From NCBI GenBank assembly GCA_963813355.1, contig CAWEYS010000008.1:21629-85628 (forward strand): DNA of 64,000 bases, in the 5' to 3' direction. The notes under the pieces were generated by a model, which saw only the letters and a list, made by a program, of their open reading frames with translations, was not told the origin of the DNA and did no database searches. The position numbers and the translations under genes were made by a program. Of this stretch, positions 24,510 to 34,843 are shown piece after piece. The DNA is from Miltoncostaeaceae bacterium (GTDB lineage Bacteria; Actinomycetota; Thermoleophilia; Miltoncostaeales; Miltoncostaeaceae). Every line of letters starts with the position of its first letter. Position 1 is the first letter of the stretch.

Positions 24510-24758
24510 CTAGTCGACGATCTCGAGCGTCGCCCGCTCGCCGCGGGCGGTCGACGCGGCGCGCAGCACGGTGCGCAGCGCCCGGGCGACTCGCCCGCCG
24601 CGGCCGATCACCTGGCCGAGGTCCTCCTCGGCGACGTAGAGGGAGATCACGCGCGAGCCGCCGTCGCGCTCCTCCTTGACCTCGACCTCGTCGGGGTTGT
24701 CGACGAGCCCGCGGGCGAGGGTGCGGACCATCGCGGCGAGCGGGCTCGGGTCGGCCAT
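24510..24758 (-). CDS. KH-domain RNA-binding protein (UPF0109/YlqC)
   Basis: 82 aa with LGQVIGRGGRVARALRTVL (GxxG KH loop). Confidence 0.85.
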   Translation of the reverse strand: MADPSPLAAMVRTLARGLVDNPDEVEVKEERDGGSRVISLYVAEEDLGQVIGRGGRVARALRTVLRAASTARGERATLEIVD

Positions 24759-24760
24759 CG

Positions 24761-25003
24761 TCAGGCGGCCTTGGCGGCGATCTTCATCAGCTTCTTGACG
24801 GCGGGCGTCGGCTGGGCGCCCTTGGCGATCCAGCCGTTGGCCTTGTCGAGGTCGATCTCGACGATCGAGGGATCGGTCTGCGGGTTGTAGCGGCCGATCG
24901 TCTCGATGCTGCGCCCGTCGCGCGGCGAGCGGACGTCGGCCACCACCACGCGGTAGATGGCGTTCTTCTTGCTGCCCACTCGGGCGAGGCGGATCTTGAC
25001 CAC
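24761..25003 (-). CDS. rpsP: 30S ribosomal protein S16
   Basis: [44 protein letters not shown] 25003 follows AAGGAG. Confidence 0.95.
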   Translation of the reverse strand: MVKIRLARVGSKKNAIYRVVVADVRSPRDGRSIETIGRYNPQTDPSIVEIDLDKANGWIAKGAQPTPAVKKLMKIAAKAA

Positions 25004-25029
25004 GGTGCTCCTTGTACGCGGTGAACGGG

Positions 25030-26352
25030 TTACGTGGGGCTGCCGAAGAGCGCCGGCAGGCCGCCGCGCCCCATCTGCTTCATCAGCTTTCGCATCTGCT
25101 TGAACTGCGACAGGAGCTGGTTGACCTCCTGCACGCTGGTGCCGCTGCCCGAGGCGATGCGCCGGCGGCGGCTGCCGTTGATGATCTCGGGGTGGCGCCG
25201 CTCGGACGGCGTCATGCTGTGGATGATCGCCTCGATGCGGTCGAGCTGGCGGTCGTCCACCTCGACGTCCTTGGCCTTGGCGACGCTGCGGAAGCCCGGG
25301 ATCATCCCCATGACCTGGGACATCGGGCCCATCTTGCGCACCTGGGTCATCTGCTCGAGGAAGTCCTCGAGCGTCAACGAGCCGCCGCGGATCTTCTTCT
25401 CGAGCGCCTGGGGGTCGCCGATCTCGACCGTCGCCTGGGCCTTCTCGACGAGGCTGAGGACGTCGCCCATCCCCAGGATCCGCGAGGCCATGCGGTCGGG
25501 GTGGAAGGGCTCGAGCGCGTCGAGCTTCTCGCCCGTGCCGATGAAGAGGATCGGGAGGCCCGTCACGGCGCGCACCGACAGCGCGGCCCCGCCGCGGGCG
25601 TCGCCGTCGAGCTTCGTGAGCGCGACCCCGTCGACGTGGACGGCCTCGGCGAAGGCCCCCGCCACCTCGACGGCGGTCTGGCCGGTCATCGCGTCGAGCA
25701 CGAGCACCACGCTGGTCGGGTCGACCGCCTCGCGCACCCGCACCAGCTCGGCCATCATCTCGTCGTCGATCGTCAGGCGGCCGGCCGTGTCGACGATGAC
25801 CAGGTCGCGCCCACCGCTGCGCGCGGCCGCGACCCCGCGCCGGGCGATCGCCGCGGCGTCGGTGCCGTCCTCGCGGTGCACCGGGACGCCGATCTGCTCC
25901 CCGAGCACGGCCAGCTGCTCGGCGGCGGCGGGCCGGTGGACGTCGCAGGCCACGAGCATCGGCGCCCGGCCCTGCGAGTGGAAGTGGCGCGCCAGCTTGG
26001 CGGCGCAGGTCGTCTTGCCCGATCCCTGGAGGCCCGCCATGAGGACGATCGTGGGCGGCTTGGAGGCGAGCGGCAGGGCGACGTTGGCCTCGCCCATGAG
26101 GGCGGTGAGCTCGTCGCTCACGATCTTCACGACCTGCTGGTCGGGGGTGAGCGACTCCATCACCTCGGCGCCCTTGGCGCGCTCGGCGATGGCGGTCGTC
26201 AGCTGCTTGACCACCGGCAGGCTGACGTCGGCCTCGAGCAGCGAGAGCCGGATGGCCCGCATCGCCTGGTCGATGTCGGACTCGGTGAGCTTCCCGCGGC
26301 CCCGCAGGCCGGAGAAGACCCCCTGCAGCTTGTCGGTGAGGGCGTCGAACAT
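25030..26352 (-). CDS. ffh: signal recognition particle protein Ffh
   Basis: [13 protein letters not shown]..., [21 protein letters not shown], and a Met-rich M domain. Confidence 0.95.
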   Translation of the reverse strand: MFDALTDKLQGVFSGLRGRGKLTESDIDQAMRAIRLSLLEADVSLPVVKQLTTAIAERAKGAEVMESLTPDQQVVKIVSDELTALMGEANVALPLASKPPTIVLMAGLQGSGKTTCAAKLARHFHSQGRAPMLVACDVHRPAAAEQLAVLGEQIGVPVHREDGTDAAAIARRGVAAARSGGRDLVIVDTAGRLTIDDEMMAELVRVREAVDPTSVVLVLDAMTGQTAVEVAGAFAEAVHVDGVALTKLDGDARGGAALSVRAVTGLPILFIGTGEKLDALEPFHPDRMASRILGMGDVLSLVEKAQATVEIGDPQALEKKIRGGSLTLEDFLEQMTQVRKMGPMSQVMGMIPGFRSVAKAKDVEVDDRQLDRIEAIIHSMTPSERRHPEIINGSRRRRIASGSGTSVQEVNQLLSQFKQMRKLMKQMGRGGLPALFGSPT

Positions 26353-26384
26353 GGGCGCGACCAGCCATGGTAGCGGAGGGGCGG

Positions 26385-27392
26385 CTACCCCTCGGGCGAG
26401 AAGATCGCGCGGGCGAATGCGCGCGCGTCGAAGGGCTGCAGGTCCTCGAGGCGCTCGCCCGAGCCGACGAGCTTGACGGGGATGCCGAGATCGCTCCGGA
26501 TCGCCACGGCGATGCCGCCCTTGGCGGTGCCGTCGGCCTTCGTGAGCACGACGCCCGACAGGTCGGCCGCCTGGTGGAACAGCCGCGCCTGGCTGAGGCC
26601 GTTCTGCCCCGTGGTGGCGTCGAGCACCAGCAGCACCTCGTGCGGCGCGGCGGAGTCGAGCTTGCCGACCACGGCGGCCACCTTGCGCAGCTCCTCCATC
26701 AGGTTGTGCTGGGTCTGGAGCCGCCCCGCGGTGTCGATCAGGACCACGTCGGCGCCGCGCGCCCGCCCCGAGGCCACGGCGTCGAAGGCGACCGCGCCGG
26801 GGTCGGCGCCCTGCGACTGGCGCACGAAGTGGGCGCCGGAGCGCTCGGCCCAGATCCCGAGCTGGTCGATGGCGGCAGCGCGGAAGGTGTCGGCCGCGCC
26901 GATCACCACCGTCTGATCGAGCTCCCCGAGGCGGTGGGCGAGCTTCCCGACCGTGGTCGTCTTGCCGCTGCCGTTGACGCCCACGATCAGGATGACCGTC
27001 GGGGAGCCGGTCAGCGGGATGCGCGCCGGCTCGGTCGCCATCCGGGCCGCGACGGCCTCCCAGAGCGCGCGCGACAGGTCGGCGCCGCTGGCGATGCGCC
27101 CCTGCTCGGCCTCGCCGCGCAGCTCCTCGACGAGGTCGAGGGTCGCCTCCACGCCCACGTCGGCCGTGATCAGGGCGTCCTCCAGCTCCTCCCACGTCGC
27201 CGGCGTCAGGAGCTTGGGCGCGAAGATGCCGGCGAGCTGCGGCGAGATGGTCTGGCGCGGCGTGGTGAGGTTCTCGCGCAGGCGCGCGAACAGGCCCCGC
27301 CGGGCGGGCGCCTCGTCCTCCGTCGTCTGAGGGGCGAGCCCGAAGAGCTCCGCCCACGCCTCCCGATCGACGTCCGGTCCCGCCGTGCTCAC
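26385..27392 (-). CDS. ftsY: SRP receptor FtsY
   Basis: [24 protein letters not shown] and [10 protein letters not shown]. The GTG at 27392 overlaps the smc stop (GTGA). Confidence 0.9.
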   Translation of the reverse strand: MSTAGPDVDREAWAELFGLAPQTTEDEAPARRGLFARLRENLTTPRQTISPQLAGIFAPKLLTPATWEELEDALITADVGVEATLDLVEELRGEAEQGRIASGADLSRALWEAVAARMATEPARIPLTGSPTVILIVGVNGSGKTTTVGKLAHRLGELDQTVVIGAADTFRAAAIDQLGIWAERSGAHFVRQSQGADPGAVAFDAVASGRARGADVVLIDTAGRLQTQHNLMEELRKVAAVVGKLDSAAPHEVLLVLDATTGQNGLSQARLFHQAADLSGVVLTKADGTAKGGIAVAIRSDLGIPVKLVGSGERLEDLQPFDARAFARAIFSPEG

Positions 27393-30300
27393 CCGGAGCG
27401 GCCGCCCGGGATCGCGCGCAGCGCCCGCCGCACGTACGGCTGCGCCGGCCCCTCGACGTCGCGGCTGAGGCGCCGGGCGACGACCTGCGAAACGCCCTCC
27501 GCGCCCATGGTCACGCCGAAGAGGATGTCCGCCGCCTCCACTGTGGGCTGCTGGTGGGTGATGAGGATGAACTGGGTCCGCTCCGCCAGCCGGGCCACGA
27601 CGGAGAGGAACCGCCCCAGGTTCACGTCGTCCAGCGCGGCCTCGACCTCGTCGAGGAGGTAGAAGGGCGCGGGCCGGGCCATGGCGAGTGACAGCAGGAA
27701 CGCGAGCGCGACCAGGGACCGCTCGCCCCCGGACATGAGCGTCAGCGACCGCGGCCGCTTCCCGGCCGGCACCACCTCCACCTCGATGCCCGCCTCGCCC
27801 TCCTCGTCGGCGACCGCCCGCAGCCGGCCCTCGCCGCCGGGGAAGAGCAACCCGCAGACCTCCCCGAAGCGCGCGCGCAGCCCGTCGAAGAGGGCGTCGA
27901 ACCCCTCGGCGACGGCGGCGTCGAGCTCCTCGAGGTGGCCGCGCAGCGCGCCGGCCGTCGCCTCGAGGTCCTCGATCTGAGCGGCCATCTCGGCCTCCCG
28001 CTCGCCGAGCTCCTCGCGCTCGCCCGCCGCCAGCGGGTTGACGTCGCCCAGCGCCGCGCGCCGGCGCTCGAGCTCCTCGAGCCGCCCGGCGGCCTCCTCG
28101 GGGGACGGCAGCTCGGTGCCGGGCGGCGGCGCGGGGCCGGCCTCGGCGGCGCGCTCGGCGGCGACGGCCTCGTCCACCTCGGCGCGGTGGGACTCGTCGC
28201 CCGCCCCCGCGGCGGCCCGCTCGGCGGCCTCGACCCCGGCCTGGGCGGCCGACAGCGCCGCGTCGAGCTCTCGGACCCGGGCGGCCGCCTCGGACAGCCG
28301 CTCCTGGGCGGCCTCGGCCCGCGGTGCCAGCGCGGCTGACGCGTCCTCGAGGGCGCGGGCCGCCCGGCGCACGGGCTCGAGATCGGCGTCGGCGTCCTCG
28401 GTCTCCTCGGCGAGCGCCTCCGTCGCCGCCGCCCGGGCGCGGGCCTCCGCCTCGGCGGCGCGGGCGGCGGCGAGGGACGTGCGCGCGTCGGCGGCCTCGG
28501 CGCCCGCGTCGCGCAGGCGGCGCGCGGCGGCGTCGGCGACCGCGCGGGCGGCGGAGGCCTCCTCGGCCGCCTGGTGGGCGGCCGCCCGCGCCTCGCCGCG
28601 GCGGGCGCCGGCGGCGTCGCGCTCGCCCGCGCGCGCCGCGGTCTCGGCCTCCAGGCGCTCGACGTCGACCGCGGCCTGGGCGGCCTGCTCGGCGCGGCCG
28701 CCCGCCTCGGCGCGGGCCGCCGCGAGCCGCTCGGCGGCGCGCGAGCGCGCCCGCTCCGCCGCCCGGCGGCGGGCCTGGAGGGCGACGTGCGCCGCAGAGG
28801 CCGCCTCGGCGTCGGCGATCGCCCCGTCCGCGCCGGCCGCGGCCGCCGCCTCGGCCTCGACGGCGCGGGCGTGCAGGGCGCGTCGGGCCCAGGCGCCGCC
28901 GCCCCGGGCCACCAGGCCCTCGGCGGGGCGCAGGGCCTGGCCGTCGGCCGTGACGACGAGCCCGGGCGTCCCGGGCGGGACGTCCTCCAGCCGCTCGACG
29001 AGCCAGGCGTCGGCGAGCAGGCGCTGCAGGTGGGGCCTCGCGTCCGCCGAGCACGACCGCACCAGCTCCCAGAGCGGGCGCCCCCCGGCCGGCGGCGGCG
29101 CGGGCGGCCGCGCGGGAGCCGGCACCGCGACCAGGCTCGCCCCCGCGTCGAGCGCGTCGCGCGCCTCGTCGAGGGACCCGGCCGCCACCGCCTCCGCGGC
29201 GGCGCCCAGGGCGGCCGCGATCGCGCGCTCGGCGCCGGGCTCGACCTCCAGGCCGTCGCCCAGGGCGGCCGCCCCGCTGCGCACCCCCTCGCCCGGAGCC
29301 AGCGCCCGCGCCGCCGCCCGGGCCTCGCGCAGGCGCTCCTCGGCGCCGGCGCGGACCGCGGCGGCGTCGGCGGCGAGACGCGCCGCGGCCTCCTCGCGCT
29401 CCGTCCAGAGGCGGGCGCGGGCCGAGGCGATCTCCTCCCGGCGCTCGCAGCGCGCGGACGGGGCCTCGGGGGCCGCGCCGCCCAGCCCCGCCAGGCGCTG
29501 CCGCGCCGCCACCAGGGCCTCGGCCGCCTCGGACGCCCGGCGGTCCGCCTCGGCCGCGTCGCGATCGGCCGCCGCGAGCCCCGCCGCCGCCAGGGCGGCG
29601 GCGTCCTCCAGCCGGCGGTGCTCGGCCCGGGCCGCATGGTCCTGCTCCTCCGCCGAGGCCGCGGCGGCGTCGGCGCGCTCGGCGTCGGCGATGGCGGCGG
29701 CGGCCGCGCCCGAGGCCTCCGAGGCCGCGGCCACGAGCCCCCCGAGGCGCTCGGCCGCGGCGCGGCGGCGCTCGGCGCGCTCGGAGGCCGCCCGATGGGC
29801 CCCGGCCAGGCGCTCAGCCGCGAGCTCGGCCCGGCCCGCCGTGCGCTCTGCGGCCGTGCGGAGGGCGTTCGCGAGGTCCTGCGCGGCCGCCGCGCCGGCC
29901 GCCGCCGCGTCGCGGGCCTCGGCGGCCTCCCCGCGCGCGCGGCGCGCCGCCGCGAGCGCCTCGGCGGCCTCGTCCGCCCGCGCCCGCAGGGCCGCGGCGT
30001 GGTCGGCGGCCTCCCGGTGGGCCTCCGCGGCCGCGCGCGCGCGGGCCGCGCCCGCGGCCCCGCGGGCGGCCTGCACGTCGGCCTCGAGCGCCCGCGCGCG
30101 GTCGGCGGCGCGCGCCTGGCGCTCCAACGCCCGCGCCCGGCCCCGCACCTCGCCGGCGAGGTCGCGCGCCCGGTCGAGCTTCTCGGCCACCCGCGCCAGC
30201 TTCTGCTCGGCGCGCCGGCGGCGGCGCTTGGCCACCGCGACGCCCGCGGCGGCGTCCACCATCGCCCGGCGCTCGACCGGCGTGCTCGTGCAGAGCGCCT

Positions 30301-30733
30301 CCACCTGCCCCTGCCGGATGACCGCCAGCGCGTCGGGCCCAAGGCCCCGGGCCGCGAGCGCCTCCTGCACGTCGAGCAGGCGGCAGGCCTCCCCGTTGAG
30401 GCGGTAGTCGGCGTCGCCGGCTCGCGTGAGCCGGCGGGCCGCCTCCAGCTCGGCGGGGCCGGGGCCCACCGGGTCGGGCGGCGAGAGCACCAGGCCCACG
30501 TCCGCGACCGGCGCGGCCGTCCGCCGCGGGCCGCCCGAGTACAGCACCTCGGCCATCCCCCCGGCGCGCAGCTGCCCCGCCCGCTGCTCGCCGAGCGCCC
30601 AGATGACGGCCTCGGCCAGGTTGCTCTTGCCCGACCCGTTGGGCCCGACGACGACGTTGACGCCGGGCCCGAACTCGAGCGTGACCGGGTCGGCGAAGGA
30701 CTTGAAGCCCTTCAGGCTGAGGCGGCTCAGCAC
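27389..30733 (-). CDS. smc: chromosome segregation protein SMC
   Basis: N-terminus LSLKGFKSFADPVTLEFGPGVNVVVGPNGSGKSN and C-terminus LSGGERSLVALAF...FYLLDEVEAALD. The coiled coils are extremely Ala/Arg/Glu-rich. GTG 30733 is the preferred start. Confidence 0.9.
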   Translation of the reverse strand: MLSRLSLKGFKSFADPVTLEFGPGVNVVVGPNGSGKSNLAEAVIWALGEQRAGQLRAGGMAEVLYSGGPRRTAAPVADVGLVLSPPDPVGPGPAELEAARRLTRAGDADYRLNGEACRLLDVQEALAARGLGPDALAVIRQGQVEALCTSTPVERRAMVDAAAGVAVAKRRRRRAEQKLARVAEKLDRARDLAGEVRGRARALERQARAADRARALEADVQAARGAAGAARARAAAEAHREAADHAAALRARADEAAEALAAARRARGEAAEARDAAAAGAAAAQDLANALRTAAERTAGRAELAAERLAGAHRAASERAERRRAAAERLGGLVAAASEASGAAAAAIADAERADAAAASAEEQDHAARAEHRRLEDAAALAAAGLAAADRDAAEADRRASEAAEALVAARQRLAGLGGAAPEAPSARCERREEIASARARLWTEREEAAARLAADAAAVRAGAEERLREARAAARALAPGEGVRSGAAALGDGLEVEPGAERAIAAALGAAAEAVAAGSLDEARDALDAGASLVAVPAPARPPAPPPAGGRPLWELVRSCSADARPHLQRLLADAWLVERLEDVPPGTPGLVVTADGQALRPAEGLVARGGGAWARRALHARAVEAEAAAAAGADGAIADAEAASAAHVALQARRRAAERARSRAAERLAAARAEAGGRAEQAAQAAVDVERLEAETAARAGERDAAGARRGEARAAAHQAAEEASAARAVADAAARRLRDAGAEAADARTSLAAARAAEAEARARAAATEALAEETEDADADLEPVRRAARALEDASAALAPRAEAAQERLSEAAARVRELDAALSAAQAGVEAAERAAAGAGDESHRAEVDEAVAAERAAEAGPAPPPGTELPSPEEAAGRLEELERRRAALGDVNPLAAGEREELGEREAEMAAQIEDLEATAGALRGHLEELDAAVAEGFDALFDGLRARFGEVCGLLFPGGEGRLRAVADEEGEAGIEVEVVPAGKRPRSLTLMSGGERSLVALAFLLSLAMARPAPFYLLDEVEAALDDVNLGRFLSVVARLAERTQFILITHQQPTVEAADILFGVTMGAEGVSQVVARRLSRDVEGPAQPYVRRALRAIPGGRSG

Positions 30734-31380
30734 GTCGGCCCTCCGAGCGCGCGGAGCGCCTGGGCCGCGGCCGCCTGCTCGGAGGCCTGCTTGGAGGGTC
30801 CGGCGCCCTCCCCCAGCGGCCTGCCGTCGACGCGGACCTGCGTGGTGAAGACCCGGCGCTGCGCCGGCCCGCGCGCGTCGACGAGCTCGTAGGCCACCTC
30901 GAGCCGCCGCCGCGCCGCCTCCTCCTGGAGCGTCGTCTTGGCGTCGCGCGAGCCGGGGACGGCCGCCGCGAGGGCCGGCCCGAAGGCCTCGACGACGCGC
31001 TCGCGGGTCTCGTCGACGCCGAGGTCGAGCCACGCCGCCCCGATGACGGCCTCGGCGAGGGCGGCGCGCACGCTGGGCCGGGATGCGAGGTCGGCGGCGG
31101 CCGGCGCACGGCCCGGCGGGGCGGCGGCGGCGAACGCCTCCGGGAGCCCGGCCGCGACGGCGGCGGCGGCGCAGGACTCGCGGTCGACGACGGCCTGCCG
31201 CATCCAGGACAGGTCGCCCTCGTCGACGCCCGGATGACGGCGCATGAGCTCCTCGCTGACGATCACGCCCAGCACGCTGTCGCCGAGGAACTCGAGGCGC
31301 TCGTAGGACGCGTCACGGCGCCGCGCCCACGAGCTGTGGGTGAAGACCTGACGACGGCGGGCCGCCGAGAGCCCCGCCAC
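30727..31380 (-). CDS. rnc: ribonuclease III
   Basis: ERLEFLGDSVLG signature plus a dsRBD C-terminus. The start could lie slightly upstream (CTG 31422). Confidence 0.9.
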   Translation of the reverse strand: MAGLSAARRRQVFTHSSWARRRDASYERLEFLGDSVLGVIVSEELMRRHPGVDEGDLSWMRQAVVDRESCAAAAVAAGLPEAFAAAAPPGRAPAAADLASRPSVRAALAEAVIGAAWLDLGVDETRERVVEAFGPALAAAVPGSRDAKTTLQEEAARRRLEVAYELVDARGPAQRRVFTTQVRVDGRPLGEGAGPSKQASEQAAAAQALRALGGPTC

Positions 31381-31418
31381 GAGGCGGCCGAGGCCGTCCC
31401 CCGGGGGATCCGCGACGC

Positions 31419-31661
31419 TCAGGCGCTGTTGGCCATCACGAAGTCGACCGCCTGCCCCACCGTCGCGATCTTCTCCGCCTCCTCGTCGGGGATCTTGAGC
31501 TTGAACCGATCCTCCATCTCCATGATCAGCTCGACCAGGTCCAGCGAGTCCGCGTTGAGGTCCTCCTGGAACGAGGCCTCCTCCGTGACCTCCGCCGGAT
31601 CGACGCCGAGCTGCTCCACCAGGATGGCGCGGACCTCCTCGACGGCCTTGTCTCGATCCAA
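31419..31661 (-). CDS. acpP: acyl carrier protein
   Basis: [19 protein letters not shown] (DSL phosphopantetheine site). TTG start at 31661 follows AAGGGGGG. Confidence 0.9.
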   Translation of the reverse strand: MDRDKAVEEVRAILVEQLGVDPAEVTEEASFQEDLNADSLDLVELIMEMEDRFKLKIPDEEAEKIATVGQAVDFVMANSA

Positions 31662-31757
31662 CTGTCCCCCCTTACGTCCGCGCCAGTACGTCCTGCGCTC
31701 TGATTGGTGAACCTACACGGGCCCTCGGACGATCCGATCCCCGCAACGATGCGCATC

Positions 31758-32789
31758 CTACGCGGCGGGAGAGCGTTCGGCGCCCTCGTGTGCCAGGGCC
31801 TCGCCGAAGTGCGCCGCCAGCCGCTCGCGGGTGCCGCGGGCCGCGAGCCGCACGGCGTTGGCGACCCCCCGCCCGGTGGAGTTGCCGTGCCCGATCACGG
31901 CCAGCCCGCGCACGCCCAGCAGCACCGCGCCGCCGTAGCTCTCGGGATCGATGCGCTCCCGCATGCGCCGCAGGGCGGGCCGCACCATGAGCCCGCCCAG
32001 CCGGCCGGGCAGCGTCGAGCCGACCGCGGCGCGCACCTCGCCCAGCAGGAAGCCCGCCGTGCCCTCCATGGTCTTGAGGACGACGTTGCCGGTGAAGCCG
32101 TCGGTCACCACGACGTCGACGGCACGGGAGAGGATGTCGCGCCCCTCGACGTTGCCCGCGAAGCCCGGCGTGTCGCGCAGGAGCGCGTGGGCGGCCAGCA
32201 CCGCCTCGCTGCCCTTGACCGCCTCCTCGCCGATGGACAGGAGGCCGACGCGCGGCTCGGCGATGCCCAGGACGTCGCGGGCGAACAGGCGCCCCATCAG
32301 CGCGAGCTGGGGGAAGTGCTCGGGCCGCGCCTCGGCGCTCGCGCCCGCGTCGAGCAGCACGACGGGCCGGCCCCCGGTGGCGGGGAGCGTCACGGCGATC
32401 GCCGGGCGGATGACCCCCGGGATCCGCCGCATGTAGAGGGTGGCCGCGGCGAGGGTGGCGCCCGTGTTGCCGGCCGAGACCGCCGCTCCGGCCCGCCCCT
32501 CCCCCACGATCCGGCAGGCGGTCGAGACGGACGAGCCGGGCTTGGCGCGCACGGCGCGCGCCCCCTCCTCCTCCGACCCCACGACGTCCGGCGCGTGCAC
32601 CACCTCGAGGCCGGCCGCGGCCGTCGCCCCCTGGCGCGCGAGCTCGGCCGTCAGCGCCGCCTCGTCGCCGACCAGCAGCACGCGGACGCCCTCGCGGGCC
32701 GCCTCGAGGGCGCCGGCCACCGGGGCGGCAGGCGCGTGGTCGCCGCCCATCCCGTCGAGCGCGACCGCGACGTCGGCGGTTCCTTCCAC
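31758..32789 (-). CDS. plsX: phosphate acyltransferase PlsX
   Basis: VALDGMGGDHAP N-terminus and GFTGNVVLKTMEG block. Confidence 0.9.
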   Translation of the reverse strand: MEGTADVAVALDGMGGDHAPAAPVAGALEAAREGVRVLLVGDEAALTAELARQGATAAAGLEVVHAPDVVGSEEEGARAVRAKPGSSVSTACRIVGEGRAGAAVSAGNTGATLAAATLYMRRIPGVIRPAIAVTLPATGGRPVVLLDAGASAEARPEHFPQLALMGRLFARDVLGIAEPRVGLLSIGEEAVKGSEAVLAAHALLRDTPGFAGNVEGRDILSRAVDVVVTDGFTGNVVLKTMEGTAGFLLGEVRAAVGSTLPGRLGGLMVRPALRRMRERIDPESYGGAVLLGVRGLAVIGHGNSTGRGVANAVRLAARGTRERLAAHFGEALAHEGAERSPAA

Positions 32790-32819
32790 CTCGGGCGCCT
32801 CACGCGCTGGCGGCGAGCG

Positions 32820-32999
32820 CTACCCCTCGATCTCGACGACCGGGCGGCCGCGGTAGTAGCCGCAGACGCCGCAGACGTGGTGGGTGCGGACGGGGCTCGA
32901 GCAGCGCGGGCAGCGCCCCATCCGGGTCGCCTCGATGGAATGCGTCGCCCGCCGCGTGTCGCGGCGCTGCTTGGAGGTCTTGCGCTTCGGGACGGCCAA
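32820..32999 (-). CDS. rpmF: 50S ribosomal protein L32
   Basis: AVPKRKTSKQRRDTRRATH...CPRCSSPVRTHHVCGVCGYY. TTG start at 32999. Confidence 0.9.
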   Translation of the reverse strand: MAVPKRKTSKQRRDTRRATHSIEATRMGRCPRCSSPVRTHHVCGVCGYYRGRPVVEIEG

Positions 33000-33144
33000 C
33001 GCGATCACCAACCGGTCGAGGGACTCGCGGAAGGGTAGCGGGCCGAGCGGCGCGGCAAAAGGCGCCGCCGTGATGCGCTCCATGACGCAGGGGTGACGCG
33101 CATCGTGGAGGATAACGCCACGGAATCGAGCGAGGGGTGCTCCG

Positions 33145-34041
33145 ATGGACGTGCGAGTCGCGGTGGTGCAGGCGACGCCGGTGGTGCTGGACGCCGCCGC
33201 CTCGGTCGACAAGGCCTGCGCGCTGATCGGCGAGGCGGGCGCCAACGGCGCCCGCATCATCGCCCTGCCGGAGGTGTTCGTCGCGCTCTACCCGAGCTCG
33301 CGCTGGGCGCACCGCTGCGCGACGTTCGGCCGCGAGGGCGCCGAGGTCCACCGCCGCATGTGGGCCGCCGCCGTCGACGTCCCGGGGCCGCTCACCGAGC
33401 GGCTCGGGGCGGCCGCCCGGCGCGCGGGGGCCTGGGTCGCGATCGGCGTGAACGAGCGCGACTCGGCGCGGCCGGGGACCCTCTGGAACACGCTCGTCTG
33501 GCTGGCGCCCGACGGCAGCCTGGCCGGCAAGCACCGCAAGCTCATGCCCACCCTCCACGAGCGGGTCTTCTGGGGCATGGGCCCCGGCGACGACCTCACC
33601 GTCCACCAGTCCGACCACGGGCGCCTCGGTGGCCTGATCTGCTGGGAGAACTTCATGCCCGAGGCCCGCCAGGTCCTGCACCGCCAGGGCGTCGACTTCT
33701 ACCTGGCCCCGACGGCCGACGACCGCGACATCTGGGTTGCGGCGATGCGGGCCTTCGCCTTCGAGGCCGGCGCCTTCGTGCTCTCCCCCGTCCAGTACCT
33801 GCCCAAGACCGCCTTCCCGGACGACTTCCCGCTCGCGGACGAGATCGCCTCCGGGCCGGACGAGCTCCTGCAGGGAGCGAGCCTCATCGCCGACCCCTGG
33901 GGGAACCTGCTGGCGGGGCCGGTCTCGGGGCGGGAGGAGACCATCTACGCCGACTGCGACCCCGGGGCGATCATCGCCGCGCGGAGGGTGTTCGACACCG
34001 GCGGGCACTACCGCCGCCCGGACCTGACCCTCCCGGGCTAG
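33145..34041 (+). CDS. nitrilase/carbon-nitrogen hydrolase family protein
   Basis: Glu-Lys-Cys triad contexts are present: IIALPEVF, GKHRKLMPT, GGLICWENFMP. Confidence 0.85.
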   Translation: MDVRVAVVQATPVVLDAAASVDKACALIGEAGANGARIIALPEVFVALYPSSRWAHRCATFGREGAEVHRRMWAAAVDVPGPLTERLGAAARRAGAWVAIGVNERDSARPGTLWNTLVWLAPDGSLAGKHRKLMPTLHERVFWGMGPGDDLTVHQSDHGRLGGLICWENFMPEARQVLHRQGVDFYLAPTADDRDIWVAAMRAFAFEAGAFVLSPVQYLPKTAFPDDFPLADEIASGPDELLQGASLIADPWGNLLAGPVSGREETIYADCDPGAIIAARRVFDTGGHYRRPDLTLPG

Positions 34042-34715
34042 CCGCGATCGAGGTCGGGGAAGGCCCGCGCCACGCGCGCCATGCCCTCGGCGACCAGCGC
34101 CCGCACCCGGCGCTCCACCTCGTCGGCGGGCGCCTCGGAGAGGACTGCGGCGGACAGCGTCTCGTAGCGCAGGTGGATGACCCCGACGATCATCGCGGCC
34201 ATCACGCGCACGCGGTCGTCGCCCCCGTCCAGCCCGACCTCCGCCGCCAGCGCGGCGCGCAGCGCGCCGGCGAGGCGCTCGTTCGACAGCCGGTAGCGCG
34301 CCTGCAGGCTCGGGGACTCCTCCCAGGTGGAGAGGAAGCGCCGGAAGAGCGCGTAGCCGTCGGGGTCGTGCAGGCCGCCCCAGCCCCCGCCGGCGGGGAT
34401 GCGGTTGTCGGCGAGCTGCGCCCCCAGCGCCTCCGTGATCGACCGCCCCTCGGGGCGATCGGCGATCGCTCCCGTGATGGCGGCGAAGATCTCCGCCTCC
34501 CGGTCGAGGAAGAGCTCCTCCTTGGAGCCGAAGTAGTTGAAGACCGTCTTGACCGACACGTCGGCCGCCTCCGCGATCTCGGCCACCGTGACCGCCTCGA
34601 ACCCGCGCTCCATGAACATGCCGGTGGCGATGTCGGAGATGGCCTGACGGGTGCGGGCCTTCTTGCGCTCGCGCAGGCCGGCAGGGGCGCGGGACGCTGG
34701 CGGCGGAGCGCTCAT
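34038..34715 (-). CDS. TetR/AcrR family transcriptional regulator
   Basis: N-terminal HTH reads ARTRQAISDIATGMFMERGFEAVTVAEIAEAADVSVKTVFNYFGSKEELF. Confidence 0.85.
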   Translation of the reverse strand: MSAPPPASRAPAGLRERKKARTRQAISDIATGMFMERGFEAVTVAEIAEAADVSVKTVFNYFGSKEELFLDREAEIFAAITGAIADRPEGRSITEALGAQLADNRIPAGGGWGGLHDPDGYALFRRFLSTWEESPSLQARYRLSNERLAGALRAALAAEVGLDGGDDRVRVMAAMIVGVIHLRYETLSAAVLSEAPADEVERRVRALVAEGMARVARAFPDLDRG

Positions 34716-34750
34716 GGGCCGATGCTACGTCATTCTTCACCAAGAGTAAA

Positions 34751-34767
34751 CTTTCACTCGTTGAAAG
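34751..34767. promoter_or_regulatory. 6-5-6 palindrome, candidate TetR operator in the tetR/ABC divergent region
   Basis: CTTTCA-ctcgt-TGAAAG sits in an AT-richer intergenic region, 35 nt upstream of the tetR ATG. Confidence 0.4.
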
Positions 34768-34843
34768 CCTGCCGACCTGGTGGGACCCTCTTTCGCGGTG
34801 CCCACCCCCGGCGCCGGCCCGATTCCCCACCTCGGAGCAGCCA

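Noticed and set aside
27742-30407. Very long ORFs overlapping smc in other frames and on the opposite strand (e.g. 27742..30342 minus, 866 aa; 28038..30407 plus, 789 aa), plus an apparent GCG/GCC periodic repeat.
   Set aside because: The translations are Arg/Pro/Ala/Ser homopolymer-like with no motifs. They are shadow ORFs caused by stop-poor, high-GC, Ala-rich coiled-coil coding sequence. The periodicity is codon-level low complexity, not a CRISPR array or tandem repeat.
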